This document shows, piece by piece, positions 58,707-64,000 of a stretch of 64,000 nucleotides of DNA. Source of the stretch: Candidatus Latescibacterota bacterium. Lineage in GTDB: Bacteria; Latescibacterota; UBA2968; UBA8231. The first letter of the stretch is position 1. Every line of letters starts with the position of its first letter. The translations under genes and the position numbers were made by a program. The notes beneath the pieces were generated by a model. It saw only the letters and a program-made list of their open reading frames with translations, had not been told where the DNA came from and made no database searches. The stretch is taken from positions 2,336,001 through 2,400,000 of the forward strand of contig OY730476.1 of the NCBI GenBank assembly GCA_963422735.1, read 5' to 3'.

Positions 58707-61700
58707 GTGAATTTAGAGGTGTTTCTCCGCTTTTCCGTCCAAGCGTTTTCCTCGTGGCTGTGTATTTGCTCGCTCGCGGCGGTGGCACACGCCGAGCCTG
58801 GCCTGCACTTTGAGCCACTATACGGCCCGCTTTCCCAACGCTTTGCGGTCCCTCGCCAAGCCGCCTTTGGGGCTGACCAACCGCTCTTGCCCGCCCCCAG
58901 CCGCGCGCTGATCTCGTACCAAGCCACAGTGGACTCCGTGGGAATGGCCCACTACAGTCGCCGCGTCAGTGGGTTCACCGAGAGACCGACGGTCGCCGTG
59001 GCTTTAGACGACTATCTCCGCATGGAATATCAAGCCAAGCACCGACAGCTTTGGCACCAGCAAATCCGCCGCGACTTTCGCAGCACGGCCTCAGAGCAGC
59101 GCCGGCGCAAGGGCAGCCGCTTCGAGTGGACTGTGCCTTTTTCCGCGCCCAAGCCCCTGCAGCGCTTTATCGGCGACGAAGGTCCCAGCCTCGTGCTCAA
59201 CGGCTCGCGCACCATCATCATTTCTGGCAAGAGCGAGTGGACCGACGGCGAGGTGCAGACCTCGTTTGGACGGAGCTCGAAGTTCCCCGCGCTGGGCATC
59301 GAACAGGAGTCCGATTTCACGGTGGAAGGCAAAGTCGGCGAATTGATCAGCGTACGCATCGACCAAGACACCCAAGACTTCGGCTCGGCCCTTGGCTCCA
59401 ATTTGGGCGATCAGCTATCCAACCAGATCAAGCTCGACTACGACGGCGAAGAAGACTCCATATTCCAAGAGGTGCAGGCCGGCAACACCACCCTAGAGCT
59501 ACCCAATACGCGCTTCGTCGGCTTCCGGCAGAAGAACAAGGGTCTCTTCGGCATCCGCGCTAAGGGACACATCGGTCCGCTGGCCTTTACGACCGTAGCC
59601 AGCCACGAAAAGAGCAAGTCCAACCGCCAGACCTTCAAAGGCGGAGCGGCCATTGACACGCTCCAACTCAAAGACTACCAATACATCCGCAACACGTATT
59701 TCTTCTTGCACGAATTCTACCGCGCCCACCTCCTCGACTTCCGCGGGCTGTTGGACGGAGCGCAGTTTGGCTCGGAAAACTTCGTCGATATCAGCCGTCT
59801 CGAAATCTATATCAATGACTTCAATACGCGGAATGACGCCGAGTTGTTCGCCAAGCCCGGCACGGCTTGGGTCGATCCGTCCGACTCCCTCGCCACTATC
59901 GAGTGTTTTGACGCGGCGGGCAATCGCCTGCGCAATAGCGGCTGTTTCGAGGAGGGGACCTGGCACCGGCTCGACCCGGACGACGACTATGCAGTCGTAG
60001 CCGAGGCGGGTTATATCATCCTCAACAGATCCGTATCCGACCCGTATGCCATGGCCGCGCATTTCAAAACTCGCGCGCCGGACTTCGACGGTACCCTCCA
60101 ACACGAGACGGCTCGGCTCAACGCCAGTGCAGAATCCGACTCCCTGCACCTGAAGCTGATCAAGGCCCGCAACGCCCGTCCGGGTTTTCCCACTTGGAAC
60201 CTAGAGTGGAAAAACGTGTACCGCATTGCCTCCGGGTATTCCACCGGTCGCCGCTTCGATCCCAAGACTTTGCAAGTCGATATCGCCAAGGAAGTGCCCG
60301 GCCAAGAGGACCAACTTTCGCAAGAGGGCCAATCCTACTTGCAGATTTTGGGCTTGGACGAGCGCGGCAAAGACCCCGGCAGCGCACCCGACCGCGTCGT
60401 CGATGCCGACTACATAGGGCTAGACGACATCCGCGGGCACTTGATTTTCCCCGACCAGCGGCCCTTTGATCCACGCTCCAACAAATATCGCGACCTGCTC
60501 GACGAACCCGTCCCCGCCATCTACGACGAGCAGCAGCAGCGCGCCCAGATCGAGGCCAGCCGCTACAAAATCCTCGTTCGCGCTGCCTCCTCGGATCAGC
60601 GCATTCGGCTGGGCGGCATCTTCGGCAATGTCCGGCCCGAGACCGTGGAGGTCCAGCTAAACGGTCGCCCACTGGCGCGAGACACCGAGTACCGAGTCGA
60701 TTTCACGGGCAGCGTGACGTTTGTCGGCGCAGTCGCTCAGGAAGTGGCCGACCCTGGTGCCGACTTGGAAATCTCCTTTGAGTCCGAGGACGTCTTCAAC
60801 ATCGGCAGCCAGCAGAAGACCCTGTTGGGCCTGCGCACCGAGTACGAATTTTGGGGGGGCGACGGGCGAGTGGGTAGCACCATGATCTACAACAACGAGC
60901 GTTCGAGCGACCGGCGGGTGCGGGTGGGCAACGAGCCGAAGCGCACGGTGATATGGAATTTCGATTTGCGCGCTCGGCGCGAGGTGCCAGCCCTTACCCG
61001 CGTCGTCGATATGCTGCCGTTGGTCAAGACGGCAGTTCCCTCAGAAGTGACCTTAGACGCCGAAGTCGCGCAAAGCCGCCCCAATCTCAACACCAAGGGA
61101 CGCGGCTACATCGACGACTTTGAAGACAGCGAGCGGCCCTCCTCACTGGTCGTCAACCGCACGCGCTGGGCACCGGCCAGCGCACCAGCCAGCGTACGCT
61201 TCGGCGCAGAGAACCGCACGCGCTTCATCTGGTACAATCCCTACGACGGGGTACTGCGCACCGACATTTGGCCCAACCAAGAAGAGCAAATCGAAGCCCA
61301 AAACCGGCGCACCGACATCCTGTCGCTAGAGCTGACGCCACTCCTCGAAGCCGCCGAGTCCTGGGGAGGAATCACCCTCGCCTTCTCAGCCGTCAACGAC
61401 TTCTCCGAGTCCAAGTTCCTAGAGATATGGGTCCGGGGACGGGAGGGCACCTTGCACCTGAACTTGGGCGACCAGATCGACGAGGACTACATCGCCAACG
61501 GCCGCCTCGATACCGAAGACATACCTTTCCCTGGGCAAGCCGCGGGCGATGGGTTGGTAGAGCGGAAGGAAGATGTGGGCATCGACGGCCGCAACGACGA
61601 GGCCGAGTTGAACTTCTACTTGCGGCTGCAAGACGCCCAGTTCGACACCACCCGCTCCCTAGCCGAGCGGAAGCAGGCATTCGCCGCGCTCTACCCAGAC

Positions 61701-64000
61701 GCCGATCCCCTGCGCCCCAACCGCTCGCCCGATGATCCCGAAGGGGACAACTGGAAATACGACTTCCAGCGCAACAAGAACGATTACAGCCATATCAACG
61801 GAACCGAGAACAACAAAAAAGACCTCGATAGCGGCGACCGCCCGGACACGGAAGATCTCAACGACAACGGCGTGCTCGACCGGCGCAACAATTACTACCA
61901 CTACGAGATCGACCTATCCTCGAGCCACTACGAGGTCGCCGGCACCCAAAACGAGGGCTGGCGCCAGCTTCGGGTGCCTCTGTTTGGCCCCCACGTCGAG
62001 CGCGTGGGCTTGCCCGACTCCACCCGCATCGAATACGCGCGCCTGATGCTTTCGAGCGGGCCGCGGCCGGGTGTAGAGGACCCCGTGCGGGCCGAGATTG
62101 CGCTCGTGGAGATCGTGGGCAACAAGTGGCAAGAAGACGACGTAGTGCGGCTCGACGAACGCTTCCCGATCAGCGACCGCGAAGCCCTCGATGTCACGGT
62201 CATCGGCACAGACAAGAGCCAGAGCTATCGGCCGCCACCCGGCGTAAAGATCCGCCGCAACGTGCAGTCGCGCACCCGCGAACGCGAGCAGTCCCTCGTG
62301 CTCGCCTACGAAAACCTAGAGCCTGGGCACCAGATGTCGGCGACTAGAATCCTGACCCGCTCGGCCAATTACACCAGCTACGAGCGGCTGCGCATGTATG
62401 TCTATGGAGATTCGACTGAGACCATTGAATACGCACACGGCGATTCGAGCGACTTGGTGCTCTTCGTGCGCTTTGGTGTGGATTCGACCAACTACTACGA
62501 AGCCATCAGCCCTATCTTCCCGGGTTGGTCAGGAGGGCGTAAGGGCTGGAAGGGCAATCAAATAGATGTAGATCTGCCAGTCATCTCCCAGCTCAAGGCC
62601 CTGCTGCAATCCGGGCGAGCCGATACCACCACCGGCGAGTTCTACTACACCTATCGGGTAATCGATCCGCGCGGGGCACCGCTAGACGGCAAGACCGAGA
62701 TCGCCCAACGCGAATTAGAGGTGCTCCACTCGGCCGGCTACGACCCCCAAGTAGAGCACTTTTCCCTAGATCAGGTCTTTGCGCGGTCGGGCCTGCGCAG
62801 CGGCGAGGAAGCCATTTACCGGGTGCGCGGCAACCCGTCGATGCAGTCGATCAAACAACTGAGCATCGGCCTGCGCAACCGGGCCGCAATTCGTGCGTAC
62901 AGTGGCCGCGTCTTCCTCGACGAGCTCCGCCTCGACGAGGCGCGCAACGATCCCGGGCTAGCCGCGTACGCCCATCTCAACACCAAGCTGGCCGACTTTG
63001 CCAACCTCGGCGGCAACGTGCTCTGGCGGCAGGAAAATTTTCGCAGCTTTACCGGCCAAGGAGGCAACAGCACGGACCGCGAAGCCGCGCTATCGGTCTC
63101 CACCAACGCGCAAAAGCTCCTGCCGAGTAGCTGGGGATTTTTGATCCCGCTCAAGGTGAACCTCAGCCGCACGACCAGCCTACCGCGCTTCGGTCCCGGG
63201 TCGGATGTGGAGCTAACCGACGAAGAGAAGCTAGAGCAACAGGCGGTTCGCTCCAAGGAATTCTACGACGTGTCCATCAGCCGACGGCAGGGCAAAAACT
63301 TCCTCTTGCGTTGGACCCTCGACCAGATGAACCTGAGGCTCTCGCATTCGCGCGAACATAGCTCGGATCCGGTGCGCCCGATCAACGAGCGCGAGGCACA
63401 GACGATGAGCTTCAACTACAGCATGCCCCTGCCCAAACCGGCACTGCGGATCATGGGCTGGCTACCGACGTTCATGCCCAAAGGCTGGACGCGGATGAAG
63501 TTCCGTCCGCTGCCTACGAGCCTGACCTACGCGGTCAACGGCAGCCGGCGGACTTCGCGGCTTTTGCGCCGCGGCGACGACGAGCCGACCGAGCAGGAGG
63601 ACTTTACGCTCGTCGAAACCTATGCCTCTAAGCTCAATCCGCTCTCCGGTCTATCGGCCAACTACAACCTCAAAATCGACCGAGACTTGCGGAAAAAATT
63701 CGTCCTCGACAAGCGGAGCTTTGGGCGCGAGGTCGGGCGCAGACAAACGGCCGACCTCGGCTTTTCGCTGCGCTTAGTCTCGTGGCTGGACCAAAACTAC
63801 ACCTTCAAAGCCAATTACGAGGAACAGAACGACCCGGCGCAGCAGCGCGGAGTAGCCCCGATCGATTCGATCAGCGGCCTGCCGTTCAAGACCCTCGAAA
63901 TCCGCAACCAAAACGACCTCTCCGCACGCCTCAATCTCAAAATCCCAACCCTGCTCAAGAACTTGGGCAAGTCCCCGAGGCAAAGCCGCAAAGCGCAGCG
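58707..64000 (+). CDS. sprA: SprA/Sov-like T9SS outer-membrane translocon (3' end outside window)
   Basis: Reading frame from GTG 58707 appears open to the window end. VEGKVGELISVRID, NQIKLDYDGEEDSIFQEVQAGNTTL.LP, GLFGIR, WNLEWKNVY and DTEDLNDNGVLD motifs. Confidence 0.85.
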   Translation, partial: MNLEVFLRFSVQAFSSWLCICSLAAVAHAEPGLHFEPLYGPLSQRFAVPRQAAFGADQPLLPAPSRALISYQATVDSVGMAHYSRRVSGFTERPTVAVALDDYLRMEYQAKHRQLWHQQIRRDFRSTASEQRRRKGSRFEWTVPFSAPKPLQRFIGDEGPSLVLNGSRTIIISGKSEWTDGEVQTSFGRSSKFPALGIEQESDFTVEGKVGELISVRIDQDTQDFGSALGSNLGDQLSNQIKLDYDGEEDSIFQEVQAGNTTLELPNTRFVGFRQKNKGLFGIRAKGHIGPLAFTTVASHEKSKSNRQTFKGGAAIDTLQLKDYQYIRNTYFFLHEFYRAHLLDFRGLLDGAQFGSENFVDISRLEIYINDFNTRNDAELFAKPGTAWVDPSDSLATIECFDAAGNRLRNSGCFEEGTWHRLDPDDDYAVVAEAGYIILNRSVSDPYAMAAHFKTRAPDFDGTLQHETARLNASAESDSLHLKLIKARNARPGFPTWNLEWKNVYRIASGYSTGRRFDPKTLQVDIAKEVPGQEDQLSQEGQSYLQILGLDERGKDPGSAPDRVVDADYIGLDDIRGHLIFPDQRPFDPRSNKYRDLLDEPVPAIYDEQQQRAQIEASRYKILVRAASSDQRIRLGGIFGNVRPETVEVQLNGRPLARDTEYRVDFTGSVTFVGAVAQEVADPGADLEISFESEDVFNIGSQQKTLLGLRTEYEFWGGDGRVGSTMIYNNERSSDRRVRVGNEPKRTVIWNFDLRARREVPALTRVVDMLPLVKTAVPSEVTLDAEVAQSRPNLNTKGRGYIDDFEDSERPSSLVVNRTRWAPASAPASVRFGAENRTRFIWYNPYDGVLRTDIWPNQEEQIEAQNRRTDILSLELTPLLEAAESWGGITLAFSAVNDFSESKFLEIWVRGREGTLHLNLGDQIDEDYIANGRLDTEDIPFPGQAAGDGLVERKEDVGIDGRNDEAELNFYLRLQDAQFDTTRSLAERKQAFAALYPDADPLRPNRSPDDPEGDNWKYDFQRNKNDYSHINGTENNKKDLDSGDRPDTEDLNDNGVLDRRNNYYHYEIDLSSSHYEVAGTQNEGWRQLRVPLFGPHVERVGLPDSTRIEYARLMLSSGPRPGVEDPVRAEIALVEIVGNKWQEDDVVRLDERFPISDREALDVTVIGTDKSQSYRPPPGVKIRRNVQSRTREREQSLVLAYENLEPGHQMSATRILTRSANYTSYERLRMYVYGDSTETIEYAHGDSSDLVLFVRFGVDSTNYYEAISPIFPGWSGGRKGWKGNQIDVDLPVISQLKALLQSGRADTTTGEFYYTYRVIDPRGAPLDGKTEIAQRELEVLHSAGYDPQVEHFSLDQVFARSGLRSGEEAIYRVRGNPSMQSIKQLSIGLRNRAAIRAYSGRVFLDELRLDEARNDPGLAAYAHLNTKLADFANLGGNVLWRQENFRSFTGQGGNSTDREAALSVSTNAQKLLPSSWGFLIPLKVNLSRTTSLPRFGPGSDVELTDEEKLEQQAVRSKEFYDVSISRRQGKNFLLRWTLDQMNLRLSHSREHSSDPVRPINEREAQTMSFNYSMPLPKPALRIMGWLPTFMPKGWTRMKFRPLPTSLTYAVNGSRRTSRLLRRGDDEPTEQEDFTLVETYASKLNPLSGLSANYNLKIDRDLRKKFVLDKRSFGREVGRRQTADLGFSLRLVSWLDQNYTFKANYEEQNDPAQQRGVAPIDSISGLPFKTLEIRNQNDLSARLNLKIPTLLKNLGKSPRQSRKAQ

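Noticed and set aside
58568-63983. Many short ORFs listed in the last 5.4 kb
   Set aside because: They are shadow frames of the long open sprA frame.
1-64000. CRISPR array or rRNA
   Set aside because: No regularly spaced direct repeats or rRNA-like sequence were seen.

Overview
GC-rich bacterial chromosome segment. The combination of SprA, FlgD/CTD-tailed secreted proteins, several PhyH dioxygenases and a sulfatase suggests an FCB-related lineage such as Ca. Latescibacterota/Handelsmanbacteria; this is inference. Contents: (i) the tail of an envelope operon (TPR protein, lipoproteins, DUF4159) broken by an IS5/IS903 remnant; (ii) five secreted proteins with T9SS-like C-terminal domains, four of them forming two paralogous, same-order A+B gene pairs (7184-11544 and 22265-26674) among catabolic genes; (iii) catabolic genes (sulfatase, GH13, D-Cys desulfhydrase/CuyA-like + TauE, lactonase, dgcN-dgcA, three PhyH enzymes, one with an HxG halogenase-type motif); (iv) a decaying defence/TA island at about 35.9-43.1 kb; (v) housekeeping genes (fbaB, tRNA-Asp, def, larE, LysM amidase, selA, lptFG) and a partial sprA that is absent from the ORF track because it runs off the window. 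Also seen: dispersed hairpin repeat families, many pseudogene remnants, and an apparent CCWGG-deamination signature. All family calls come from motif recognition by eye; no database searches were run.
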